Of a stretch of 64,000 nucleotides of DNA, positions 29,323 to 38,220 are shown one piece after another; the stretch's first letter is position 1, and the number at the start of each line of letters is the position of its first letter. Origin of the DNA: Pseudomonadota bacterium (GTDB taxonomy: Bacteria > Pseudomonadota > Gammaproteobacteria > Xanthomonadales > Xanthomonadaceae); the NCBI GenBank assembly GCA_049324395.1, contig JBMOOY010000056.1:518-64517 (forward strand), written 5' to 3'. Under the pieces are notes generated by a model that was not told the DNA's origin, ran no database searches, and saw nothing but the letters and a program-made list of their open reading frames with translations. A program made the position numbers and the translations under genes.

Positions 29323-30546
29323 CTGAGCACGACCGCCGACAACGCGACGCCCGCCCGGGCGACATCCAAACCGTCGCAGGGCGGTTTCGGCCGTGCGTGG
29401 CCGGGACTGCGCGGCTTCTGGGCCTGGTGGCTGAATGCGCTCGGCAGTTGGCTGCCGCCGCGGCTGCGCGCGGTTTTCGGGCTGGCCCAGCAGCGGCTCC
29501 TGCTGCAGCGCGGCGATGGCGCACTGTCGCTGGCGCTCGCGGTACCGGCCCAGCCGGGCGAAGCGTCGATCCGTCCGCTCGCCGAATTGCCCTGGGATGC
29601 CGAGTCCGCCGCCGCCGAGGAGCCGCTGTCGCGATTGCTCGCGCCGCGGATCAACGGGCTTCCGCGCTGGCTGCTGCTGCCCGGACGCGGTGGTCTGCGC
29701 CGGCGGATCGCGCTGCCGGCCGCCGCCGCGGATCGCCTGCGCGACGTGCTCGGGTTCGAGATCGACCGCCAGACCCCGTTCTCCGCCGAAGAGGTCTATT
29801 ACGACGCGCGCCTGATCGGTCGCCGTGGCGACGGACAGATCGACGCCGAGCTCGTCGTGGTGCCGCGCGCCAGCCTGGAGCAGGCCCTCGCCGGCCTCGG
29901 CCCCTCGTTGACCGCGACCCTGGCCGGCGTCGACATGGCCGATGCCGACGGTCTGCCGCTCGGCGTGAATCTTCTGCCCGGCGCCCAGCGCAGTCGCCGT
30001 CGAGATCCGCGCGCGGTCTGGAACCTGGCGTTGCTCGCGATCACGCTGGCCGCGGCCGGCGCCGGGCTCTGGCAGATCCGCGAAAACCGCACCGCCGCCG
30101 CCGACGCCTTCGAGGTCGAGGCCAAGCGCCGCAGTCAGCAGGCGCGCAAGGTCGCCGAAGAGAAGAAACGCCTGGTCGATCTGGTCGAGGGCATGCGCTT
30201 CCTGCAGCAGACCCGCAACGGCCGGCCGACCACGGTCGAGGTGCTGGACGAACTCACCCGTCGCCTGCCCGACAACACCTTCGTCGAGAAGGTGTCGATC
30301 GAGGGCGAACGCATCCTGATCATCGGCCTGAGCTCCGAGGCGCCGCGTCTGGTCGAGCGCCTGCAGAGCTCGAAGCTGTGGCATTCGATGAACCTCACCG
30401 GCGCGCTGATGACCGATCCGACCAAGGGCAAGGACCGCTTCACCCTCGAAGCCAAGCTGGCGGTCGCCGCGCCGCAGAAGGGCAGGGCGAACGGCAATCG
30501 CGGTGCCGCCGGGGGCGACTCCGCCGAGCGGGAGCGCGCGCCATGA
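29323..30546 (+). CDS. gspL: GspL (XpsL, PilN domain), non-ATG start (CTG 29323 or TTG 29245)
   Basis: FWAWWLNALGSWLP, FEIDRQTPF, LDELTRRLPD. No in-frame ATG or GTG near the expected start. Confidence 0.9.
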   Translation: MSTTADNATPARATSKPSQGGFGRAWPGLRGFWAWWLNALGSWLPPRLRAVFGLAQQRLLLQRGDGALSLALAVPAQPGEASIRPLAELPWDAESAAAEEPLSRLLAPRINGLPRWLLLPGRGGLRRRIALPAAAADRLRDVLGFEIDRQTPFSAEEVYYDARLIGRRGDGQIDAELVVVPRASLEQALAGLGPSLTATLAGVDMADADGLPLGVNLLPGAQRSRRRDPRAVWNLALLAITLAAAGAGLWQIRENRTAAADAFEVEAKRRSQQARKVAEEKKRLVDLVEGMRFLQQTRNGRPTTVEVLDELTRRLPDNTFVEKVSIEGERILIIGLSSEAPRLVERLQSSKLWHSMNLTGALMTDPTKGKDRFTLEAKLAVAAPQKGRANGNRGAAGGDSAERERAP

Positions 30547-31184
30547 CGCCGGCCACCGCCGCCGTTTCGCCGCGCGAACGCTGGGCCGCCCTCGGTCTGC
30601 TGGCCGGCGCGCTGCTGGTCGGCTACTTCCTCTTCGTCCATCCGTGGTGGACGGTGCCGATGCTCGAACTGCAGTCCCGCATCGACGATCTCAAGGACCG
30701 CGACGCGCGCGCCCGCGCCACGCTCCAGCAGGCGCCCGAAATCCGGAAGCGTCTCGGCGAAGTGCGGGAACAGGCGGCGCGGCTGCCCGGTTTCATGGCC
30801 GAAGGCAGCACCGAACTGGCCACCGCGGCGCTGATCCAGCGCCTCGAAACGGCGGTCCAGCAGGCCAGCCCGAAGAACCGCAGCTGCGCGATCCAGAATC
30901 GTTCGCCGCTGACCGAACCGCGCAAGGAGCGTTTCGCCCGCGCGGTGGTGCAGGTCCGCCTGCAGTGCGGCGTGCGCGAACTGGAGGTCGTGCTGCACTC
31001 GCTGGAAAGCGGCTCGCCGCGCCTGTTCGTGGACAATCTCAACGTCACCGCGCAGCGCTTCTACTTCACGCCCGACCAGGCCCCGACCGGCGGCGGCGTC
31101 GATGTGAGTTTCGATCTGTACGGCTACGTCGCGCCCGCCGCGGGAGCGAACGCCGCGGGAGGAGAGACCGATGCGCGTCGATAG
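30543..31184 (+). CDS. gspM: GspM (XpsM)
   Basis: N-terminal TM segment, LHSLESGSPRLFVDNL, FDLYGY. ATGA overlap with gspL. Confidence 0.92.
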   Translation: MTPATAAVSPRERWAALGLLAGALLVGYFLFVHPWWTVPMLELQSRIDDLKDRDARARATLQQAPEIRKRLGEVREQAARLPGFMAEGSTELATAALIQRLETAVQQASPKNRSCAIQNRSPLTEPRKERFARAVVQVRLQCGVRELEVVLHSLESGSPRLFVDNLNVTAQRFYFTPDQAPTGGGVDVSFDLYGYVAPAAGANAAGGETDARR

Positions 31185-31965
31185 TCTCGGCCCCCGGACC
31201 TGGCTGCTCGCCGGCGTCGCGGGCTGGGCGGTGTGCCTGTGGGTGTTCGCGATGCTCGGTCTCGGCGGCAGGCTGGGCGCCGTGCCGGAGGACGTCGCGG
31301 CGCAGACCCTGCCTTCGACGAAGATCCCGTCGGCCGAACGGCCCGGCCCGCTCGGCCAGTACGACGAGATCGCCGTGCGGCCGATGTTCGCGGAGAACCG
31401 CAAGCCGCAGACCTTCGTCATCGGCGGCGCCGGCGAGGAAGCGCAGGCCAATACCTTCGACTACACCCTCACCAGCGTGCTCATCGCCGGCGAAACCCGG
31501 GTGGCGATCCTCAAACCCGCCGCCGACGGCGCCCAGCCGGTGCGGGTGAAGATGGGCGAAGCGGTCGAAACCGCACCGCAGTGGAGCCTCGCGAAGCTGG
31601 AGTCGCGGCTGGCGGTGTTCCGCGGCCCCGACGGCGAGAAGACCCTGGAGCTGCGGGTGTTCAACGGGGTCGGTGGCGCCGTCCCGCCGCCGATGGCGGC
31701 CTCGGGCGCTCCGCCGGTGGCAGGCGTCGTCCAGGAAGCCCCGCCCGGCTCCGAACAGCCGGGGCCGCAGGGCCCGCCGCAGGTCGCGAACGCACCCCCG
31801 CCGCCGCCCGCTCCGCAGAACGCGGCCGGTCCGCCGGCATCGGTCTCCACCGAAGCGCAACTGGAAGCCATCCGTCGGCGGATCGAGGCGCGCCGCGCCC
31901 AGATTCGCCAACAGGCCGCGCAAGAAGCGCAGAACGCCGGCTCGACGCCGGGACAAACACCCTGA
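31171..31965 (+). CDS. gspN: XpsN (GspC-like/GspN) T2SS component
   Basis: PRTWLLAGVAGWA, RPMFAENRKP, LTSVLI, Pro-rich tail. Sits directly before the secretin. Confidence 0.85.
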   Translation: MRVDSLGPRTWLLAGVAGWAVCLWVFAMLGLGGRLGAVPEDVAAQTLPSTKIPSAERPGPLGQYDEIAVRPMFAENRKPQTFVIGGAGEEAQANTFDYTLTSVLIAGETRVAILKPAADGAQPVRVKMGEAVETAPQWSLAKLESRLAVFRGPDGEKTLELRVFNGVGGAVPPPMAASGAPPVAGVVQEAPPGSEQPGPQGPPQVANAPPPPPAPQNAAGPPASVSTEAQLEAIRRRIEARRAQIRQQAAQEAQNAGSTPGQTP

Positions 31966-31975
31966 GATCTCCACG

Positions 31976-34219
31976 ATGACCCTGCGATCCACCGCCTACG
32001 CCTTTTTCGCCGCCGCGCTCAGCGCGATGCTCGCCGCCTGCGCCGCGACGCCGATGCCGCGGTTGCAGCGCGCCGAGGACCGGCCCGTGCGCGCCGAACC
32101 GGCGTCGACCGACGCCGGCGACGTGCGCACCGAGCCGATGGTCGACGACGATCGTGCCGAGGACGGCCGCGAGGAGGACGGACGTCCGCGCCCGCGCATC
32201 CGCCGCGGCAGCGGTCAGGTCATCAATGCCGCGGCGGCGGCCGCGCCGATGCCGGACATCGGCGCCACCGGCGGCGAGGCCACGTTCAATTTCGAGGGCG
32301 AATCGCTGCACGCCGTGGTCAAGGTGATCCTCGGCGACATGCTCCGCCAGAACTACACCATCGCCCCGAACGTGCAGGGCACGGTCACCTACTCGACGCC
32401 GCGACCGGTCAGCCCGGCGCAGGCGCTCTCGGTGCTGGAGATGATCCTCGGCTGGAACAACGCGCGGATGATCTACGGCGACGGCCGCTACAGCATCGTG
32501 CCGGCCGACCAGGCGCTGGGCACCGGCGTGGTCACCCCGCGCACCGGCTCGCCGGAGAGCGCGCGCGGCTTCGAATCGCGGGTCGTGCCGCTGCGCTACA
32601 TCTCGGCCACCGAGATGGAGAAGCTGCTCAAGCCCTACGCGCGTCCGAACGCGATCGTCACCGTCGACCCGGGTCGCAATTTGCTCACCATCGCCGGCAC
32701 CCGCGCCGAACTCGAGAACTACCTGCGCACCATCCAGATCTTCGACGTCGACTGGATGTCGAGCATGTCGGTCGGCGTGTTCCCCTTGCAGTCGAGCAAG
32801 GCCAACAAGGTCGTGCAGGACCTGGAGAAGGTGTTCGGCGAGCAGAGCAAATCCCCGGTCGCCGGCATGTTCCGCTTCATGCCGCTGGACGGCGCCAACG
32901 CCGTGCTCGCGATCACCTCGCAGGCCGACTACCTCGACGACATCGAGCAATGGATCGAGCGCATCGACGGCGCCGGAGAAGGCGTGCGCCTGTATTCCTA
33001 CGAGCTCAAGTATGTCACCGCGAAGGATCTGGCGGTGCGCCTGAGCGAAGTCTTCGGCGGCGGCGGTCGCAGCGGCAACAGCGGCGGCGACGGCAATTAC
33101 TCGCTGATCCCGGGCGGCCAGGCGAGCATGATCGGCGGCGGCAGCGGCGACAAGGACGGCGGCAGCGATCTGGGCGGCACGACCGGCAGCGCCGGTCCGG
33201 GCGGCGGCGGTCTCGGCAGCGGTTCGCTCTCGCTCGGTCCGTCGCAGGGCGGCAGCGGCAGCGTCACCCTCGAAGTCGGCGGCGACAAGGTCGCGATCTC
33301 GGCGATCGAGGAGAACAACACGCTGCTGGTGCGTTCGACCGCCTCCGCCTGGCGCTCGATCCTCGACGTGATCGAGAAGCTCGACGTGCTGCCGCTGCAG
33401 GTGCATATCGAGGCGCAGGTGGTCCAGGTCGACCTGACCGGCGACCTGTCCTACGGCGTCAACTGGTTCTTCGAGCGCGCGGTCACCGACAACGGTCTGC
33501 CCAGCGCGGTCGGCCGCGATACCTGGAGCACGCTCGCCGGCAGCGTGAAGCCCTCCGGCGGCACCAATCCGGGCCTCGCCTGGACTTTCCTCGGCCGCAA
33601 CGCCGCGGCGGTGATCTCCGCGCTCGACGCGGTCAGCGACGTGAAGCTGCTGCAGACGCCGTCGATCATGGTCCGCAACAACCAGGAAGCGACGCTCAAC
33701 GTCGGCGACCGCATCCCGGTCACGTCGGTGTCGATCAATCCGATCCTCGGCAGCAACAACACCACCAGCCAGGTGCAGTACCTCGATACCGGCACGATCC
33801 TGAAGGTGCGTCCGCGCGTGACCAAGGACGGCACCGTGTTCGTCGAACTGGTGCAGGAAATCAGCGCGCCGAAGGGCGAGCCCGACGACAACGGCAACGT
33901 GCGCATCAGCACCAACCGGATGAAGACCAGCGCGGTGATCCAGAGCGGCGACACGGTGCTGCTGGCCGGTCTGATCACCGACAGCGACAGCAAGGGATCG
34001 AGCGGTTTCCCGGGGCTGAGCCGCCTGCCGGTGGTCGGCGGACTGTTCGGACGCCAGTCCGTCGGCAAGCGCCGCAGCGAGATCATCATCCTGATCACGC
34101 CGACGCTGGTCGAGGACCCGCGCGCCGCGCGCGATCTCACCGACGAATACGGGCGCCAGTTCCGCGCGTTGCAGCCGCTGCCGAAGGCCGATCCGCCGGG
34201 GCCGCAGCCGCATCGCTGA
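31976..34219 (+). CDS. gspD: Secretin GspD (XpsD), lipoprotein type
   Basis: Lipobox LAAC, FNFEGESL, Gly/Ser-rich loop, QVHIEAQV, GLSRLPVVGGLFG, IILITP. Confidence 0.97.
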   Translation: MTLRSTAYAFFAAALSAMLAACAATPMPRLQRAEDRPVRAEPASTDAGDVRTEPMVDDDRAEDGREEDGRPRPRIRRGSGQVINAAAAAAPMPDIGATGGEATFNFEGESLHAVVKVILGDMLRQNYTIAPNVQGTVTYSTPRPVSPAQALSVLEMILGWNNARMIYGDGRYSIVPADQALGTGVVTPRTGSPESARGFESRVVPLRYISATEMEKLLKPYARPNAIVTVDPGRNLLTIAGTRAELENYLRTIQIFDVDWMSSMSVGVFPLQSSKANKVVQDLEKVFGEQSKSPVAGMFRFMPLDGANAVLAITSQADYLDDIEQWIERIDGAGEGVRLYSYELKYVTAKDLAVRLSEVFGGGGRSGNSGGDGNYSLIPGGQASMIGGGSGDKDGGSDLGGTTGSAGPGGGGLGSGSLSLGPSQGGSGSVTLEVGGDKVAISAIEENNTLLVRSTASAWRSILDVIEKLDVLPLQVHIEAQVVQVDLTGDLSYGVNWFFERAVTDNGLPSAVGRDTWSTLAGSVKPSGGTNPGLAWTFLGRNAAAVISALDAVSDVKLLQTPSIMVRNNQEATLNVGDRIPVTSVSINPILGSNNTTSQVQYLDTGTILKVRPRVTKDGTVFVELVQEISAPKGEPDDNGNVRISTNRMKTSAVIQSGDTVLLAGLITDSDSKGSSGFPGLSRLPVVGGLFGRQSVGKRRSEIIILITPTLVEDPRAARDLTDEYGRQFRALQPLPKADPPGPQPHR

Positions 34220-34241
34220 GGACGGATCGCCGCGCCCGGGC

Positions 34242-35120
34242 ATGAACGCGCAGCCGACTTCCCCGCTGCCCGTCGTGCTGCTGCCGGTGGGCGTCGACGA
34301 CGACGCCCTCGATGCCTGCCTCGCGGCGCTCGACGCCGGCACGCCGCCTGGGACGCGGGTCTGGCTCGCCGACGACGCGCAATGCGGCCCGCGCGGCGTC
34401 GCGATCGTCGAGCGCTGGCTCAAGCGCACCGCGCTGCAGGCCGACTACACGCGTCGCCCGCGTTCGATCGGCGAAGCCGCGCATCTCGACGAAATGCTTC
34501 GCGCCTGCGGCGATGCCGACGTGCTGTTGCTGGCCGGCGATGCGGTGCCGTTCCCCGGTTGGGCGACCCGCCTCGCCGCGTGCGCCGCGCGGGATCCCGC
34601 GATCGCCAGCGCGACGCCCTGGAGCAACGCCGGCGAAACCGCCTCATGGCCACGGGTGGGCGAGATCGCGCCGATTCCCGATGCGCCCGAACGGCTGGCG
34701 CAGGCCGCGGCCTCGCTGCCGCCGCATCATCCCGAGCTGCCTGCGGCGGTCGGTCATGCGCTGTTCCTGCGCGGCAGCGCGCGACGCCGGGCCGGCGGCC
34801 TCGACGCCGCCAGTTACGCGTCCTCCTGCGCCGCGCTGATCGACCTGTCGCTGCGCATGGCCGGTCTCGGTTGGCGCAACGTGCTGTGCGAAACCGCCTT
34901 CGTCGGCCGTCGCGGCGAGGGCGTGCCGCTGGGCGACGACGTCGAGACCCTGGCCGTGCGCTGGCCCGCGTGGCACGCCCGGCTGGCGCAGTTCCTGATG
35001 CAGGATCCGCTGCACGCGCTGCGGCAGAGCCTGCGCCATGCGTTCGAGAACGCCGAACTGCGGACCCAGCCCGATCTCTTCGGCGAGCGCGGCGATGCCG
35101 ACGCCGCACCGGTGCCATGA
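34242..35120 (+). CDS. GT2-like glycosyltransferase
   Basis: VWLADDA, IASATPWSNA, DLSLRMAGLGWRNV. Conserved downstream of xpsD in this family. Confidence 0.78.
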   Translation: MNAQPTSPLPVVLLPVGVDDDALDACLAALDAGTPPGTRVWLADDAQCGPRGVAIVERWLKRTALQADYTRRPRSIGEAAHLDEMLRACGDADVLLLAGDAVPFPGWATRLAACAARDPAIASATPWSNAGETASWPRVGEIAPIPDAPERLAQAAASLPPHHPELPAAVGHALFLRGSARRRAGGLDAASYASSCAALIDLSLRMAGLGWRNVLCETAFVGRRGEGVPLGDDVETLAVRWPAWHARLAQFLMQDPLHALRQSLRHAFENAELRTQPDLFGERGDADAAPVP

Positions 35121-35962
35121 ACGCGGATTCCGCCATCGCCGTCGTCGTGGTGACCCATCGCAGCGCCGAAACCATCGGCGAATGTCTTGATCGTCTGCGC
35201 GCAGCTGCCGACGTGGCGCAGATCCGCGTGGTCGACAACGCGTCCGACGACGGCACGCTCGACATCGTGCAGCGCCATGCGTTGGCCGATCCGCGTCTGC
35301 GTTTCATCGCCAATCCGGACAATCCCGGCTTCGGCATCGCCTGCAACCAGGGCGCCGCCGACAGCGACGCGCCGTGGCTGGCCTTCGTCAATCCGGACTG
35401 TCTGCCGGCGCCCGACGCACTGTCGCGGCTGCGCGCGCATGCGCAGGCCTGCGCGCGCGACGCGCTGCTCGGCGTCGATCTGGTCGATGAAGCCGGCGTG
35501 CGCGACGGCGCCGCGCGACGGCGCGATCCCGACTTCGCGGCGATGCTCGTGCGCGCCGCCGCGCGGCGCCTCGACGTGCCGCTCGATCCGACCGCGACGC
35601 TGCAGGCGGTGCCCGCGATTTCCGGCGCGCTCATGCTCATGCCGCGCGGCCTGTTCCACCGCCTGGGCGGTTTCGACCCAGGCTACCGTCTGCATGCCGA
35701 GGACCTGGATCTCTGCCGTCGCGCGCGCGAGTCCGGCGCATTCGTCGCGGTCGCGAACGACATCGCCGTCGTCCACGTGCGCGGGGTCTCCAGCCGTTCG
35801 CGACCCTGGTTCGTCGAGTGGCACAAGCATCGCGGCCTGAGCCGTTATTTCCGCAAGTTCGAAGGGCCTCGTCGCAGCGCGCCGGTGCGCGCCGCGGTCT
35901 ACGCGACGATCTGGCTGCGATTCCCGTTCGCGGCGCTGCGCGCGTGGCTGCGGTCGCGATGA
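35117..35962 (+). CDS. GT2 glycosyltransferase
   Basis: VVDNASDDGT, NPGFGIACNQG, FVNPDC, GGFDPGYRLHAEDLD. Confidence 0.92.
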   Translation: MNADSAIAVVVVTHRSAETIGECLDRLRAAADVAQIRVVDNASDDGTLDIVQRHALADPRLRFIANPDNPGFGIACNQGAADSDAPWLAFVNPDCLPAPDALSRLRAHAQACARDALLGVDLVDEAGVRDGAARRRDPDFAAMLVRAAARRLDVPLDPTATLQAVPAISGALMLMPRGLFHRLGGFDPGYRLHAEDLDLCRRARESGAFVAVANDIAVVHVRGVSSRSRPWFVEWHKHRGLSRYFRKFEGPRRSAPVRAAVYATIWLRFPFAALRAWLRSR

Positions 35963-37215
35963 TCCGACGCGTGCCGGCGTGGCTGTCGCTGTTCGCGCTG
36001 TGGGCGCTCTGCCTGCCCGTGGGCGCGGCGCCGGCCGTTGACGAGACGGCGGCTGTCGACGAGGCGGCGGCCGTCTTCGACCGTCGCGAGTCCGCCGAAC
36101 TGGACCGTCTCGTCCGCGATGTCTGCCGGAAAGACATCGTGCTGCTCGGCGAGGACGCGAACCACGGCGGCGGCCGCACGCTGGAGGTCAAGGTCGAACT
36201 GGTCCGTCGACTGACGACCCGCTGCGGTTTCGGCGGCGTGTTGTTCGAAAGCCAGTTCTACGACCTGCTCGACGAGGCGCATGCGGTCGAGGCCGGCACC
36301 GCGCGCGCGCAGGGGCTCGCCGACGTCATCGGTCCGCTGTGGTCGCGCGCGCGGGAAGCGCAGCCGTTGATCCGCTTCCTGCATCGGGAGCGGATCGCCG
36401 GCCGGCTGCGGGTGGGCGGCATCGACCCGCAGGTCGGCGGCATCGACGGTGCGTATTCGCGGAAGCGCCTCGCCTCCACGCTCGCATCGTTGCTCGACGC
36501 CGGGCCGCGCCGCGACGCCTGCGCGATCGAATTGCAACGCCACAACGACTGGCGTTACGACGACGCGTCTCCGTTCGACGATGCGGCCCGCGAACGCCTG
36601 CGCGCCTGCGGCGAGGAGATCCGGGCGGCCGCGATCCGCACCGCGGCGACCGCGGACTCCGACGCCGCCGCGATCGATCCGGAGCGCGCCATGATGGCCG
36701 CGGCGTACGCGCGTTACCTCGGGATGGCGCTGGACGGCGACGGCGATCAGCGCGATCTGGGCATGTTCGAACTGCTGCAATGGCATCGCGCGCGTTGGCC
36801 GCGCGGCACCAAACTCATCGTCTGGTGCGCCACCGTTCACGCCGCGCGCCGACTGGACGGCGTCGCGCCCGACATGCGGTCGATGGGCACGCGCCTGCAC
36901 GCGCGCCACGGCGCGCGCATGGCGGTGGTGGGGTTCACCGCGCTCGGCGGCGCGTTCGGTTCGCCGGGCGGTCGCGGTGCTGCGATTCCGTTGCCGCGCG
37001 CCGTCGACGCGTCGCTGGAAACCGCCGTCCTCGACGACGACGGTCCGGATCTGCGCTACGTCGACCGCAAGCGCCTGCGCCGGCTCGGCACCATCGCGGC
37101 GCGCCCGATCAATTACCGCACGGTTCACGCGGCGCCCTGGGGCGAATACCTCGACGCCGTGATCGTGCTGCGCGAGGAGCGACCGGTCGTCCGCGCCGAT
37201 GCGCCGACCCGCTGA
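35959..37215 (+). CDS. Erythromycin esterase-like family protein with signal peptide
   Basis: IVLLGEDANHG, VLFESQFYD, RDLGMF, KLIVWCATVH, YLDAVI. Confidence 0.75.
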   Translation: MIRRVPAWLSLFALWALCLPVGAAPAVDETAAVDEAAAVFDRRESAELDRLVRDVCRKDIVLLGEDANHGGGRTLEVKVELVRRLTTRCGFGGVLFESQFYDLLDEAHAVEAGTARAQGLADVIGPLWSRAREAQPLIRFLHRERIAGRLRVGGIDPQVGGIDGAYSRKRLASTLASLLDAGPRRDACAIELQRHNDWRYDDASPFDDAARERLRACGEEIRAAAIRTAATADSDAAAIDPERAMMAAAYARYLGMALDGDGDQRDLGMFELLQWHRARWPRGTKLIVWCATVHAARRLDGVAPDMRSMGTRLHARHGARMAVVGFTALGGAFGSPGGRGAAIPLPRAVDASLETAVLDDDGPDLRYVDRKRLRRLGTIAARPINYRTVHAAPWGEYLDAVIVLREERPVVRADAPTR

Positions 37216-37220
37216 AGCGC

Positions 37221-38051
37221 TCAGCGATGGCGGTTGATCTCGTCGCGCAGCGCGCGAGCGGCTTTCGCGGCGGCGTCGGCGTAATCGTCGCCGTTCGAGG
37301 CGTAGAGGATGGCGCGCGAGGAGCTGACGATCAGGCCGGTGCCGTCGCGCGTGCGCGCGTTGCGCACCACCGCTTCGACGTCGCCGCCCTGCGCGCCGAC
37401 GCCGGGCACCAGGAACGGCACGTCGCCGACGATCGCGCGGACCTCGCGCAGTTGTTCCGGCCAGGTCGCACCGACGACCAGTGCGCAGTTGCCGTGCTCG
37501 TTCCAGTCGCGCGCGATCTTCTCGGCCACATGCTGGTACAGCGGGCGCCCGGCGCCGCTCTTGTCGTACAGGACCATGTCCTGCAGATCGCCCGCACCGG
37601 GGTTCGACGTGCGGCAGAGGATGACCACGCCCTTGTCGGCGCGATCGAGGAACGGCTGCACGGAATCGCGGCCGAGATACGGATTGACCGTCACCGCGTC
37701 GGCGCCGTAGCGGTCGAAGGCCTCGCTCGCGTAATGCTGCGCGGTGCTGCCGATGTCGCCGCGCTTGCTGTCGAGGATCACAGGAACGTCCGGCCAGCGG
37801 AAACCGATGTGCAGGATCAGCATCCGCAGCGCTTCCTCCGCATGCGCCGCCGCGAAGTGGGCGATCTGCGGCTTGAACGCGCAGGCGTAGGGCGCGGTGG
37901 CGTCGACGATGTCGCGGCAGAAATGGAAGATCGCGTCCGGATCGTGGGCGAACTTCGCGGGGAATTTCGCCGGCTCGGGATCCAGGCCGACGCAGACCAG
38001 GGTGTCGGCGGCGTCCCAGCGGGTCCGCAGGCGGTCCATGAAGCTGCGCAT
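37221..38051 (-). CDS. pyrF: Orotidine 5'-phosphate decarboxylase
   Basis: VCVGLDP, FKPQIAHF, LDSKRGDIGST, LVPGVGAQGG, SSSRAI. Confidence 0.97.
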   Translation of the reverse strand: MRSFMDRLRTRWDAADTLVCVGLDPEPAKFPAKFAHDPDAIFHFCRDIVDATAPYACAFKPQIAHFAAAHAEEALRMLILHIGFRWPDVPVILDSKRGDIGSTAQHYASEAFDRYGADAVTVNPYLGRDSVQPFLDRADKGVVILCRTSNPGAGDLQDMVLYDKSGAGRPLYQHVAEKIARDWNEHGNCALVVGATWPEQLREVRAIVGDVPFLVPGVGAQGGDVEAVVRNARTRDGTGLIVSSSRAILYASNGDDYADAAAKAARALRDEINRHR

Positions 38052-38190
38052 CGGTTCGGGCGTCTTCGTGCGAGTGGTTCCGGTCATGATTCCAAAGTCG
38101 CGTTGCGGGCGTAAGGACTTCCGATCGTTTTCGTGAGGCCGATCCGGTGACCTGTGCCTCAGTTCGGACATGGCGTCCCGGGCGGATGCG

Positions 38191-38215
38191 AAACGCCCGC
38201 CGTGAAGGCGGGCGT
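38191..38215 (-). terminator. Intrinsic terminator-like hairpin after ettA
   Basis: ACGCCCGCC-GTGAA-GGCGGGCGT 9-bp stem starting 6 bp past the ettA stop, followed by a short T run on the minus strand. Confidence 0.65.
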
Positions 38216-38220
38216 GCGTC

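Noticed and set aside
22142-34219. Absence of separate gspC and prepilin peptidase genes as a defect
   Set aside because: The E-F-G-H-I-J-K-L-M-N-D order is the normal xps layout. XpsN fills the GspC role and PilD is normally shared with type IV pili.
34242-35962. Glycosyltransferase pair after gspD as a novel insertion
   Set aside because: This pair is a usual neighbour of xpsD in Xanthomonadaceae.
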